Origin: an uncultured Chloroflexia bacterium | GTDB lineage: Bacteria; Chloroflexota; Anaerolineae; JAAYZQ01 | Direction of reading: 5' to 3' | Assembly (NCBI GenBank): GCA_963700285.1 | Contig: CAVOXA010000010.1 | Span: 1,152,001-1,216,000, forward strand | Length of the DNA: 64,000 nucleotides | Shown here: positions 1-9,103 of the stretch, piece by piece | Layout of the letters: each line of letters opens with the position of its first letter | Numbering within the stretch: the first letter of the stretch is position 1 | Position numbers and translations under genes: made by a program | The notes under the pieces: generated by a model | What the model was told of the DNA's origin: nothing | The model's input: the letters and a program-made list of their open reading frames with translations, nothing else | Database searches by the model: none

Positions 1-866
1 TGGCGCAGCAGGGCAGCCCGCAGCTCCTCGGCCCTGGCGTAGCGCCGCTCGGGTTGCTTGGCCAGCGCCTTGAGGACCACGCCGTCCAGCCAGCCCGGCA
101 CCCGCCGGTTGTGGCCGCTGGGCGGCAGGGGCTGCTCGTTGCGGATGCGGTAGACGTTGTCGGCCTGGGCGCCGGGCGTCTCCCGCTGGTCAAAGTCCAG
201 GTAGGGCTGGCCGGTGAGCATGCGGTAGAGCACCGCCCCCACGGCGTAGACGTCCACCCGGGGGTCGTCGCGCACGCCGTCGGCCTGCTCGGGCGACATG
301 TAGGGCAGGGTGCCGGCGACAAAGCCCGCGGGTGTGAGCCAGGTGCGGGTCAGCATCTCCTCCGAGACGTGGGCGATGCCGAAATCGGCTACTTTCGCCA
401 AGCCGCCTGTGCCCTCCAGGCGGCCCGCGTCAAACAGGATGTTGGCCGGTTTCAGGTCGCAGTGGACCACGCCCTGGTCGTGGGCCACCTGCAGCCCCTG
501 GCACACCTCGGCGGCGACGCGGACGGCTTCGTCGACGGGCAGGGGGTTCCCTGCCCGCAGCCGGTCCTCCAGGGAGCCGCCGGCCATGCACTCCATGACG
601 ATGTAATAGTTGCCGCCCTCCTGGAATACGTTGTGGGTGCGCACGATGTGCAGCGGGGTCAGGCGCATGGTGGCCTTGGCTTCAGCCAGGAAGCGCTTCA
701 ACATGGCCTCGTCGCCGACCAGGCCGGGGATCAGCTCTTTGACGGCCACTTCCTCGCCCAGGAGGGTGTCCTGGGCCTGGTAGACGTAGCCAAAGCCGCC
801 GCGGCCAAGCTGGTGCTCGATGCGGTACTGGCCGTTGAGCAGGGTATCGCCGGGATTGAGGGGCAT
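1..866 (-). CDS. Ser/Thr protein kinase (Hanks type), runs off window start
   Basis: Manual minus-strand translation from ATG 866: MPLNPGDTLLNGQYRIEHQLGRGGFGYVY...VAVK...HCDLKPANIL...DFG...GTLPYMSPEQ...DVYAVG; not in the ORF track because it has no stop in the window. Confidence 0.92.
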   Translation of the reverse strand, partial: MPLNPGDTLLNGQYRIEHQLGRGGFGYVYQAQDTLLGEEVAVKELIPGLVGDEAMLKRFLAEAKATMRLTPLHIVRTHNVFQEGGNYYIVMECMAGGSLEDRLRAGNPLPVDEAVRVAAEVCQGLQVAHDQGVVHCDLKPANILFDAGRLEGTGGLAKVADFGIAHVSEEMLTRTWLTPAGFVAGTLPYMSPEQADGVRDDPRVDVYAVGAVLYRMLTGQPYLDFDQRETPGAQADNVYRIRNEQPLPPSGHNRRVPGWLDGVVLKALAKQPERRYARAEELRAALLR

Positions 867-904
867 GGCCCTTCTCCAATGGATACTTTGTGAACTACCG
901 CCGT

Positions 905-997
905 TGGCTGTCTCTGCTCAGTGCTCAGGGTTGCGTGGGATTCAATCCCCTAGGTGCAGACCGGTGATCCCCCACGTCGTCATTGCTTTCTATCCGT
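905..997 (-). ncRNA. Candidate c-di-GMP-II-like riboswitch in kinase 5' UTR
   Basis: GAAAGCAAUGA...UGAGC kink-turn-like flanks, CGUGGG/CCCACG stem, loop GGUCUGC able to pair with downstream GCAGAGAC; lies between a promoter and the kinase start. Confidence 0.35.
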
Positions 998-1016
998 TTC
1001 ACCTTCACCTGTGCAA

Positions 1017-1045
1017 AGTATATCATAGGTATGGGATGCGGTCAA
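1017..1045 (-). promoter_or_regulatory. sigma70-type promoter for kinase
   Basis: TTGACC-N17-TATACT on minus strand. Confidence 0.65.
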
Positions 1046-1077
1046 GCGGATCCGGTTCTCACCAGATGGCAAGAGCG

Positions 1078-1103
1078 AAGGGCCTCGCGATCGCGAGGCC
1101 CTT
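1078..1103. terminator. Perfect palindrome downstream of slyD, likely terminator
   Basis: AAGGGCCTCGCGATCGCGAGGCCCTT. Confidence 0.6.
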
Positions 1104-1132
1104 GTTGATTGGTTGTTCACAGGCACGCAGAA

Positions 1133-1633
1133 CTAGTGCTCGTGCCCCGAGCCGTGCACGTGGCCATGGGCCATTTCCTCGCCGGTTGCAGCCCGTAGGC
1201 CGGCGATCCTGGTGCTGAAATACAAGGTCTCGCCCGCCAGTGGGTGGTTGAGATCCAAAAGTACACCGTTCGGGTGTACCTCGGCGACGGTGGCCGGGAT
1301 CGGCTGCCCGGTGTTGTCCACCAGCTCCAGCGCCATTCCTGCTTCCAGCTTCAGGTCAGGGGGCAGGGCGTCGCTGGGGATCTGTTGGTACGCGTTGAGA
1401 TCTTGCTGCCCATAGCCGTCGACGGGAAGGACCGTCACCTCCTTCTCGTCGCCGACGGCCATGCCATACAGCGCTTGCTCCAAGCCGGGGATGATCTGGC
1501 CGTGTCCCTGCAGGAACTCCAGTGGTTCCCCGCCAGCAGAGGTATCAACGACGTCATGATTCTCCAGCCGTAGCGTGTAATCGAGGCTCACGACCAGGTC
1601 ATCGGCAACCACCAGTGTCTTGTCTGTCATCAA
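1133..1633 (-). CDS. slyD: FKBP-type peptidyl-prolyl isomerase SlyD
   Basis: VSLDYTL, PLEFLQGHGQIIPGLEQAL, LDLNHPLAGETL, His-rich C-terminus. Confidence 0.93.
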   Translation of the reverse strand: MMTDKTLVVADDLVVSLDYTLRLENHDVVDTSAGGEPLEFLQGHGQIIPGLEQALYGMAVGDEKEVTVLPVDGYGQQDLNAYQQIPSDALPPDLKLEAGMALELVDNTGQPIPATVAEVHPNGVLLDLNHPLAGETLYFSTRIAGLRAATGEEMAHGHVHGSGHEH

Positions 1634-1819
1634 ATGCTCCGTTCGATATCCGGCGTACGTCGGCGCCCTTCTGGCCCTTTTCCACCGGAACAGTACCTGC
1701 CATGACTTAAAAATAGTCTACATCATCTTTATCGTTCTGTCAAAACGATACCCCGTCGCGATATGCGCAGGAGCTATCACAATCGCCAATACTACCATCT
1801 TTCACACGCCTGCCGTATC

Positions 1820-1864
1820 TTGACAGACTCAAATATCCATGGTATCATATACAAGGTTGTATAT
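1820..1864 (+). promoter_or_regulatory. Promoter plus palindromic operator for PadR gene
   Basis: TTGACA-N17-TATCAT (1820-1848) overlapped by perfect inverted repeat ATATACAA-GG-TTGTATAT (1847-1864). Confidence 0.75.
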
Positions 1865-1894
1865 TAGCGGCGGAAACAAGAAACAAGGATAGAG

Positions 1895-2434
1895 ATGTCG
1901 ACTCGACTGGTGATCCTAGGGCTGCTACGAGAGCGCCCCCTATACGGCTATGAGATCAAGCATGTCATCGAGGACCACATGGGCGACTGGACCAACATCG
2001 CCTTTGGTTCCATCTATTTCGCCCTGGGCAAGCTGGCTGACGAGGGCTTTATCGAAAAGGTCGCCACGGAGCAAGAGGGCAAGCGTCCCTCCCGCAGCGT
2101 ATACCAGATCACCGACACCGGCCGGGAAGAGTTCCTGAGCCTGCTGCGGGAGGTTTGGCGCGAGGCGGAGCGCCACTATTATACCATCGACATCGGCTTG
2201 TTCTTCAGGGAGGCGCTGCCGCTCAAAGAGGTAGAGGGATATCTGCGCGCACGGGTCGCACAAATGGAGGGGGTACTCTTGTATCTCAATGGCCACCAGG
2301 CAGAGCAGTTGATTCACGAGGAGGCGCCCGGCCAGGCAGCCCTCATCTTTGATCACGCACGATTCCACTTTCAGGCCGAGCTTGACTGGACGCGGAATCT
2401 CCTGCACAAAGTGGAGCAGGGAGACTGGGTATGA
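1895..2434 (+). CDS. PadR-family transcriptional regulator
   Basis: VILGLL-RPLYGYEIK, GSIYFALGKL, RSVYQITDTGR winged-HTH; C-terminal FQAELDW. Confidence 0.92.
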   Translation: MSTRLVILGLLRERPLYGYEIKHVIEDHMGDWTNIAFGSIYFALGKLADEGFIEKVATEQEGKRPSRSVYQITDTGREEFLSLLREVWREAERHYYTIDIGLFFREALPLKEVEGYLRARVAQMEGVLLYLNGHQAEQLIHEEAPGQAALIFDHARFHFQAELDWTRNLLHKVEQGDWV

Positions 2435-2439
2435 ACCGT

Positions 2440-2457
2440 GGGGCGTCCCCTTTTTTT
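2440..2457 (+). terminator. Short intrinsic terminator after PadR gene
   Basis: GGGG-CGT-CCCC followed by T7. Confidence 0.5.
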
Positions 2458-2566
2458 GAGTATGAGTATAAGCTTGTATATTCTAGAAAGTATATTTTCA
2501 GGTTTGGAGGTTGTGGACGTTGCCACACAGCGTTGGCACCAGAAGCAGATCCCAGACAGGAGGTGG

Positions 2567-3253
2567 ATGATGGAACGTTTACCGGAAGGTGAATCGATTG
2601 TGGAATTGGAGGACGCCCGCCGTTTCAACGAGCTGATGGGCGGCCGGCTCCGAAAGCACGAGTACCGCGGGCTGGCCCGTGATGCGGTGGCGCTGGGTGT
2701 GCCGAGGGGAGGCAAGGCATTGGACGTGGGAACAGGTCCCGGCTTTGTGGCCATCGAGGTAGCGCGTTTGCTGCAGGGAACCGGCTGCCAGGTCATCGGG
2801 CTGGATATCTCGGAAGCGATGCTGGCGTTGGCCGCTGAGAATGCCCAAAGGGAGGGTTTGGAGGGCATGATCACCTGGCGCCAGGTTGACGCCAAATGTA
2901 TGCCTTTTGAGGACGGCGAGTTCGACCTGGTTGTGTGCAACGACTCGCTGCATCACTGGGAGGATCCGTTGGTGGTTTTCGACGAGATCGCCCGTGTGCT
3001 GAAGGACGGGGGACAGTGTCTGGTCCACGACTCGAAGCGCCTGCACAAGTGGGCGCCCAGGCTCATGTCCTGGGCCATCGGCATGATCATCCCCAGCGAC
3101 TTTCGCGTGCACTACTGGAACTCGATCAAGTCATCCTATACGCCGCAGGAACTGAGCACGATCCTGGAGGATTCGCGACTGCAGGGCTGGCGCGTCGTCG
3201 AGGGTTTCATGGACCTCATGGTGGTCAAGGAGGCGCAAGCATGCCCAGGTTAG
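2567..3253 (+). CDS. Class I SAM-dependent methyltransferase
   Basis: ALDVGTGPG motif I, GLDISEAML, MPFEDGEFDLV, SLHHW; RBS AGGAGG before ATG 2567. Confidence 0.9.
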   Translation: MMERLPEGESIVELEDARRFNELMGGRLRKHEYRGLARDAVALGVPRGGKALDVGTGPGFVAIEVARLLQGTGCQVIGLDISEAMLALAAENAQREGLEGMITWRQVDAKCMPFEDGEFDLVVCNDSLHHWEDPLVVFDEIARVLKDGGQCLVHDSKRLHKWAPRLMSWAIGMIIPSDFRVHYWNSIKSSYTPQELSTILEDSRLQGWRVVEGFMDLMVVKEAQACPG

Positions 3254-3642
3254 CCAAGGGCGCCAAGTGGACCTACGGCTGGGTTGTTGTCGGTCCCGCG
3301 GGCTCGATCACCATCCCGCCAGATGCCTGGCGGGAGTTTGGCTTCCGGGAGGGAGACGAAGCCGTATTTATTCCAGGCAGCCGCCGCTCCGGTGGATTTG
3401 CTCTCAGTACTCCAGCTTTGATGGCCGGGATGTCCGAACGGCTCGGAGGGGTCGCTCCTCGCGTGCTCGCCACGAGTAGATTGGGGGACGGGCAGGTATC
3501 CCTGCCGCCCGCGATCTGTGTGGAACCCAGTACTAGCTTGCTCGCAGTCCGCGGCAGCGGTCACGGGTTGAGCTTTGTCGACCAAGGTCCCATCTATCAA
3601 GAAGCGCTGAAGCAATCCCACAGACTGGAGGTCTTTGGCTGA
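3241..3642 (+). CDS. AbrB/MazE/SpoVT-like hypothetical protein
   Basis: VGPAGSITIPPDAWREFGFREGDE resembles the AbrB swapped-hairpin signature; start overlaps methyltransferase end. Confidence 0.6.
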   Translation: MPRLAKGAKWTYGWVVVGPAGSITIPPDAWREFGFREGDEAVFIPGSRRSGGFALSTPALMAGMSERLGGVAPRVLATSRLGDGQVSLPPAICVEPSTSLLAVRGSGHGLSFVDQGPIYQEALKQSHRLEVFG

Positions 3643-3708
3643 TGGCCGCCTGGCCCTGTTTTCCGCCTGAGCGCGAGAGTAGGTCGGCGTCGAATGACGA
3701 ACGGAACA

Positions 3709-6700
3709 TCACAGCCCAGACTCGACCGTCAGGGTGATGGTGAGGGTGGGCGTCTCGGTAGGAGCAGCCAGGGGCAGTGAGGTGGTGCCTGTCACGGTGG
3801 GCGAGACTGTAGGAATGGGTATGTCCGTCGCAGGCGGCGGCTCTGTGGGCAAGGGTATATCGGTTGGCCACGGTGTGTTCGTTGGTGGCGGCTCTGTGGG
3901 TGAAGGTGTATCTGTGGGCCAGGGCGTCCAGGTTGGAGGCGGTGTGTTGGTCGGCCACGGTGTATCTGTAGGCGGCGGCTCTGTGGGCCAGGGTGTCCAA
4001 GTTGGAGGCGGTGTATTTGTCGGCCACGGCGTGTTTGTAGGTGGCAGGTCTGTGGGCCAGGGTGTATCCGTGGGCCACGGTGTCCAGGTTGGCAACGGCG
4101 TCTGCGTCCGAGTGGGTAGGGAGGATGTAGGCGCCGGATTCTGCACCCAGACCCAGGTCCGCGCCTCAAAGCCGTTGCCCGCCTGGTCATAGACAACAAC
4201 CCGCAGGCTAAAGTCCCGGTTGGCCAGGTGTCTCACATCCCACACTGCCAGCAGGCCGTTGTCTACCGGCGAGTAGATGGGGCCTGCCACGTGCCCCCAG
4301 CCGATGGGATCCCGACCTTCACCGTACTCGACCACATAGTAGTCAAAGCCGGGGATGTCCATGCGGCCCAGCACAGGCGCCTCCACGGCCACCGTCTGCC
4401 CGGCTACCGGTTCAAGGAGCGCTACCTGGGCAGGTCCGGTATGAACCGGACAGAGATCAGCCGGGGGCTGCGGGATGTTGTGCTTTTGCGCCCACCGGCT
4501 GCCCTCCTCGCCGGGCAGAACGTAAAAATAGCGTTCCTCAACAACATCCGCGGGGCAGTACTCACTGGCCAGGGCATTGGTTGTCACGTCGATGCGCACA
4601 AACTGGTGAAAGTCATGCTCTGGCCCCAGCGGTCCCTGGCCGGAGGCAAAGATCTCGGTACGCCGGCGGTCGGGCGGGCTGGCCCCACTGGGCAGCGATC
4701 CCGAATCGGCGCTGATCTCTATCTCTTCGATCCCATCGGGCCGTGGGAACTGGCTGGCTGGCCGGTCGCCGAGGGCCTTCTCCATAAAGTTGTGCCAGAT
4801 CGGTGCCGCGCCCCTGGCTCCCGTCACCTCTATCATGGCCGAATTGTCAGCGTTGCCAACCCAGACGCCCGTCGCCAGCTCGGGCGTATAGCCGATGGTC
4901 CAGGAATCGCGCCATTCATCCGTGGTCCCCGTCTTGGCCGCAGCCGGCCGGGAGAGCTTTAGCGGATTGTTCTCTCTAAAAGCAGGCAACCGGGCCTGGT
5001 TGTCAGCCAGGATGTCGGTGATAAGATAGGCGTGTTGGGGACTGACCACCTGCGGGCCCGGCGGTGGTTGGTATTCCTCAATGACCCGCCCGGCAGAATC
5101 TTCGATGCGCAGAATGGACACAGGGGGCACACGCCGTCCCGCATTGGCAAAGACGGCGTACGCGCCAGTCATCTCCAGCAAGGTGACCTCCCCTCCACCC
5201 AGGGTCAGGCTCAAGCCATAGTCCGCACGGTTGAGGGAGGCAATGCCCAATCTGTGGGCAGTATCCAGCATGGCCGGCAAGCCCACAAAGTCTAGGGTCT
5301 TGACGGCAGGTATGTTCAAGGAGCGAGCCAGTGCCCCGCGTGCCAGCACCGGGCCGTGCACTTTACGATCATAGTTCTTGGGCACGTAGGATCTGCCCAA
5401 CGAGTCCTTGAACTCGGTTGCCAAGTCCCAAATGAGCGTGGCCGGCGTCCAGCCTTTCTCAAAGGCGGTGATGTAGGTCACCGGTTTGATGGATGACCCC
5501 GGCTGACGGGGTCGCAGGGCCACGTTCACCTGGCCAGAAATCTCCTCGTTATAGAAATCGGCGCTGCCCAGCATGGCCAGGATCTCGCCTGTGGAAGGCT
5601 CCAAGGCCACCAGAGCCGCGTTGGTCGCATGCTGATCGCTCAGGCTGGCCAGATGTGCTTGAGCTTCCTCCTGGGCCAGATCTTGCAAGCGTGAATCGAG
5701 GGTAGTGGTCACTCGCAGTCCACTGCGATAGAGGACGTCGGCGCCGTATTTCTGCTCCAGTTGCTGCTGGATCCAGATTACAAAGTGGGGGGCCTCCACG
5801 TCAAAGTTGAAGGGCTGAAGGTTCAGCTCCTCAGCCTTGGCGGCCTCGGCTTCAGCCTGGCTGATGTGGCCAGCATCGACCATGAGGTCCAGTACTACTG
5901 CCTGGCGACGTTTGGCTCCCTCGAGATTGGTGTAGGGATCCCAATAGGCCGGCGCCTGGGGCAATCCGGCCAGCAAGGCTGCCTCGGCAAGGGTCAGATC
6001 GTTGACCGTCTTGCCAAAGTAGGTTTCGGCCGCGGCTTCGACGCCATAGGCCAGGCTGCCAAAGTTCACCTCGTTGAGATAGATCTCCATGATCTCGCGC
6101 TTTGTGTAGCGGCGGCTGATCTCAGAAGCCAGGACCGCTTCGCGAATCTTGCGCCTCAACGTGAGTTCCGTGCGTTCTTCCGGTGATAGAAGTACGACGT
6201 CGACCAAGGTCTGCGGAATGGTACTGGCGCCGGAGACTATCTCCCCCTCTTCTACGTTCTGGATCACAGCGCGGATGATGCTAATGGGGTCCACACCAGG
6301 GTGCTGCCAGAAGCGCTCATCCTCGGTCGCCACGGTAGCATTGATCAGGTGGGGCGAGATCTGCTCGTAGGGCACCCAGATCCGTCTCCCGCCGCTGGGA
6401 TCAACGATCTCGTACAACAAGTGCCCGTTTCGGTCATAGATCCGCGTGCTGAGAAATCTGGCTGACTGGGTCCGGAGCGCGTCTGGTGAAGGCAGATCAG
6501 CGGCGATCGCTGCGTAGGTTGCGGTCAAACCGCACACCCCGATGACAAAGAGAGACAAAAAGGTCACGATTGAGACAAGGAGTACGGGGACGAAGCCTGG
6601 ACCACGCTGGTATCCTGGACCAGGTCCGGGCGGCGGTGGCGGCGGCGGCGGAACATATCTCCCCTGCGGAGATCGTGGTTGGCGGCCAGGAGCGTTTGGC

Positions 6701-6939
6701 CCGCGCTGGCCGGGCGCGCCGCCGGCGGGGCCGCGAACCGGCTGGGTAAGCCTGCGTGTCTGTGTACTCTGTCCCCAATCCTGGGGCAGAGTCTGGTCGG
6801 CCCGGGATGCAGTCCTGCGCGGCGCCGGCACTTGCCCTGTGTTGCCCTCTGGTGCAGTGTTCATCCCAGGTCTGGCGCTGTCAGGCCGTGACTGCGGCCA
6901 ATGCCCGTGCGCTAGTTGCCTTTGGTACCGTTGGTCCAT
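3709..6939 (-). CDS. PBP1A-family bifunctional transglycosylase/transpeptidase with Pro/Thr-rich C-terminus
   Basis: EDERFWQHPGVD, GASTI, RKIRE, YLNE transglycosylase motifs; SSIK, SLN, KTGT transpeptidase motifs; N-terminal TM anchor. Confidence 0.95.
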   Translation of the reverse strand: MDQRYQRQLAHGHWPQSRPDSARPGMNTAPEGNTGQVPAPRRTASRADQTLPQDWGQSTQTRRLTQPVRGPAGGAPGQRGPNAPGRQPRSPQGRYVPPPPPPPPGPGPGYQRGPGFVPVLLVSIVTFLSLFVIGVCGLTATYAAIAADLPSPDALRTQSARFLSTRIYDRNGHLLYEIVDPSGGRRIWVPYEQISPHLINATVATEDERFWQHPGVDPISIIRAVIQNVEEGEIVSGASTIPQTLVDVVLLSPEERTELTLRRKIREAVLASEISRRYTKREIMEIYLNEVNFGSLAYGVEAAAETYFGKTVNDLTLAEAALLAGLPQAPAYWDPYTNLEGAKRRQAVVLDLMVDAGHISQAEAEAAKAEELNLQPFNFDVEAPHFVIWIQQQLEQKYGADVLYRSGLRVTTTLDSRLQDLAQEEAQAHLASLSDQHATNAALVALEPSTGEILAMLGSADFYNEEISGQVNVALRPRQPGSSIKPVTYITAFEKGWTPATLIWDLATEFKDSLGRSYVPKNYDRKVHGPVLARGALARSLNIPAVKTLDFVGLPAMLDTAHRLGIASLNRADYGLSLTLGGGEVTLLEMTGAYAVFANAGRRVPPVSILRIEDSAGRVIEEYQPPPGPQVVSPQHAYLITDILADNQARLPAFRENNPLKLSRPAAAKTGTTDEWRDSWTIGYTPELATGVWVGNADNSAMIEVTGARGAAPIWHNFMEKALGDRPASQFPRPDGIEEIEISADSGSLPSGASPPDRRRTEIFASGQGPLGPEHDFHQFVRIDVTTNALASEYCPADVVEERYFYVLPGEEGSRWAQKHNIPQPPADLCPVHTGPAQVALLEPVAGQTVAVEAPVLGRMDIPGFDYYVVEYGEGRDPIGWGHVAGPIYSPVDNGLLAVWDVRHLANRDFSLRVVVYDQAGNGFEARTWVWVQNPAPTSSLPTRTQTPLPTWTPWPTDTPWPTDLPPTNTPWPTNTPPPTWTPWPTEPPPTDTPWPTNTPPPTWTPWPTDTPSPTEPPPTNTPWPTDIPLPTEPPPATDIPIPTVSPTVTGTTSLPLAAPTETPTLTITLTVESGL
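3830..4110 (-). repeat. Coding tandem repeats PT(W/D/N)TPW/PTEPP at the PBP C-terminus
   Basis: Repeated PTWTPWPTDTP / PTNTPPP units in translation. Confidence 0.85.
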
Positions 6940-7136
6940 CCCTCACCTGGAAATCAAAAGTGCTAACCATTTAATGATCTGTCTACTAGACGGATCCAGC
7001 ACCGGGAAAGTTCCCTCTCGAGGCGAACCTGCCAGGCTATGAAGCTTTTGCAGCAGAGGCAGAACCCCGCTGAATTGGGCCTGACGGGGCTTTGTGTTAT
7101 AATGGCCTCGTACTCTTAGAAGCTTGGAGGCAAACG

Positions 7137-7376
7137 ATGGTAAGTGAAGAACTACTCGAGATCCTGCGCTGCCCGGCCTGCGTCAGCGGGCCGACGCGCA
7201 AAGAGGGCGATGATCCCGGCCAGCTTGAACTGGTAGACGGCGTTTGGCTTGTGTGCCAGGAGCCGGATTGCGGCCGAAAATACCCCATCATCGACGACAT
7301 CCCGCGGATGCTGATCGAAATCGGCGACAAATATGTGGATACACCGGTGGAAGAATTGGGGCAGCCCAAAGAATGA
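7137..7376 (+). CDS. Trm112-family small protein
   Basis: LLEILRCPAC...LVC...CGRKYPIIDDIPRML; extended -10 TGTTATAAT upstream. Confidence 0.8.
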   Translation: MVSEELLEILRCPACVSGPTRKEGDDPGQLELVDGVWLVCQEPDCGRKYPIIDDIPRMLIEIGDKYVDTPVEELGQPKE

Positions 7377-7400
7377 GGCGCGGAACGTGATCTGGGCCAG

Positions 7401-8387
7401 CTAACCCGCACGCATCTCGCCCAGTGGTTCACGTTTTCTAAGCTGCCTGTCCCGCTCAACTTTGACCAGGGGGGTATCTCGCCGTATCTGAAAGTGGTCC
7501 AGGTCACGGGCCACTGTTGTATTTGGAAAGATGGACGATGCCTCATCCAGGATCTCCCGTTCCGAGTATCGGCGGGAGATGTGGTGCAAGATCAGGTGTT
7601 GCACGTTGGCGGCTACAGCCAGCTCTGCTGATTGCCGTGCGATGAGATGGCCGAACTCCCGAGCCACATCGGCTTCCAAACCCGTATATGTGGCCTCGAT
7701 GACCAATGCATCGGCCTCGCAGGCTGGCTCCAAAAGATTGTCGATTCGCCCGGTGTCACCAATGAATACAAACTTGGTTCCAGGGCGGGACGGTCCCAAG
7801 ACATCGTCTGGATGAAGAGCTTGCCCATTGGGCAAAGTGATTGACTGACCTTGCACCAGGCGGGCCCGCTCCGGTCCCGCAGGAACCCCCAAGGCTTCGG
7901 CCTTTTCTGCCAGGAAGGGACGCCGTGCCTTTTCCTGAAAAGTGTAGCCAAAGCAGCCTGGCCCCCGGTGGGTGACGGGGAAGGCTGATAGTTGAAAGCT
8001 GTCGTCTTCCATAACGACGCCTGGCTTCAAGTCGGTCAGCACCAGTCGGATGGGCGGCCGGTGGCGGCCAAAAACCACTTTCATCAGTGCTTCCACCCGG
8101 TCCAGCGCCCACCGGCCACCATAGATCTCCATGTGATCGATCATCTCCCACCGGGAGAACGTGGACGCCAGCCCCGCCAGCCCCAGGATATGGTCCAGAT
8201 GGCCGTGGGTCAGCAGGATCTTGTCCATGCGGCGGAAACCCAGGCCACTGCGAAGCAGTTGGCGCTGCGTTCCCTCGCCGCAATCTACCATAAAGCGGTA
8301 CTCTTTGTGCATAACCACGGCCGCCGGCAGCCCCCGCTGTATGGAGGGTGCTGAAGCCGAGGTACCGAGAAAGACAACCTCAAACAT
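7401..8387 (-). CDS. rnz: Ribonuclease Z
   Basis: FLGTSAS, DCGEGTQRQ, THGHLDH, GP-rich exosite, GDT, HHISRRY. Confidence 0.92.
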   Translation of the reverse strand: MFEVVFLGTSASAPSIQRGLPAAVVMHKEYRFMVDCGEGTQRQLLRSGLGFRRMDKILLTHGHLDHILGLAGLASTFSRWEMIDHMEIYGGRWALDRVEALMKVVFGRHRPPIRLVLTDLKPGVVMEDDSFQLSAFPVTHRGPGCFGYTFQEKARRPFLAEKAEALGVPAGPERARLVQGQSITLPNGQALHPDDVLGPSRPGTKFVFIGDTGRIDNLLEPACEADALVIEATYTGLEADVAREFGHLIARQSAELAVAANVQHLILHHISRRYSEREILDEASSIFPNTTVARDLDHFQIRRDTPLVKVERDRQLRKREPLGEMRAG

Positions 8388-8539
8388 GGACACATTGTAC
8401 ACGAAAGCGGGCCTGGCTCAAAATGCCCTTCTGCCAACGGCGCGGGCTTGGGTAGGTTGTAGAGTCTGGCGGGTCCGTTTTGCACGCCTGCCACTTTTCA
8501 GCTACAATGCTTTTTCACCCTGTGGTGGGAGAATGAACG

Positions 8540-9037
8540 ATGAAGCATGTTTGGTCGCCGTGGCGATTGGAATACCTGACAGCGCCCAAGACTGATGGCT
8601 GCGTTTTCTGCCACGCGGCCCAGAGCAACGAGGACAGGGAGAACCTGGTACTGCTTCGGGGCGAGCTTGCCTTTCTCATCCTGAACCGGTATCCCTACAA
8701 CAATGGCCATCTCATGGTGGTGCCTTATGCCCACGTATCCAGCCTGGAAGATCTGGACGCGCCCGTACTAACAGAGCTGATGCTTCTCCTGAACCAGGGT
8801 CTGGCTGCACTGCGGAGAACGATGGCGCCGGAAGGCTTTAATATTGGCGTAAACTTGGGCCTGGTGGCCGGTGCGGGGATCGTGGACCACGTGCACATCC
8901 ACGCGGTGCCCCGTTGGGCGGGCGACACCAACTTTATGACTGTCGTCGGTGATATGCGGGTGATTCCCCAAACCTGGTTGCAGACCTATGACCAGCTTAA
9001 GGGGGTGCTGGAGGACCTGGCCGGTCAAGGTCGATGA
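8540..9037 (+). CDS. HIT-family nucleotide hydrolase (Ap4A/FHIT-like)
   Basis: WSPWR, CVFC, NRYPYNNGHL, HVHIHAVPRW. Confidence 0.92.
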   Translation: MKHVWSPWRLEYLTAPKTDGCVFCHAAQSNEDRENLVLLRGELAFLILNRYPYNNGHLMVVPYAHVSSLEDLDAPVLTELMLLLNQGLAALRRTMAPEGFNIGVNLGLVAGAGIVDHVHIHAVPRWAGDTNFMTVVGDMRVIPQTWLQTYDQLKGVLEDLAGQGR

Positions 9038-9052
9038 GTTCGGGGTTCACGA

Positions 9053-9083
9053 AAAAGGGGCCAGGTGATTGTACCTGACCCCT
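9053..9083 (-). terminator. Terminator between convergent HIT gene and prxU
   Basis: AGGGG-CCAGGT...ACCTGA-CCCCT stem with A-run giving a U-tract on the minus strand. Confidence 0.55.
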
Positions 9084-9103
9084 GTGAGGCAAGCAGCTCC
9101 AAC

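Noticed and set aside
54-893. 279-aa plus-strand ORF and many other long overlapping ORFs
   Set aside because: These are antisense shadows of real genes in GC-rich DNA (here the kinase)
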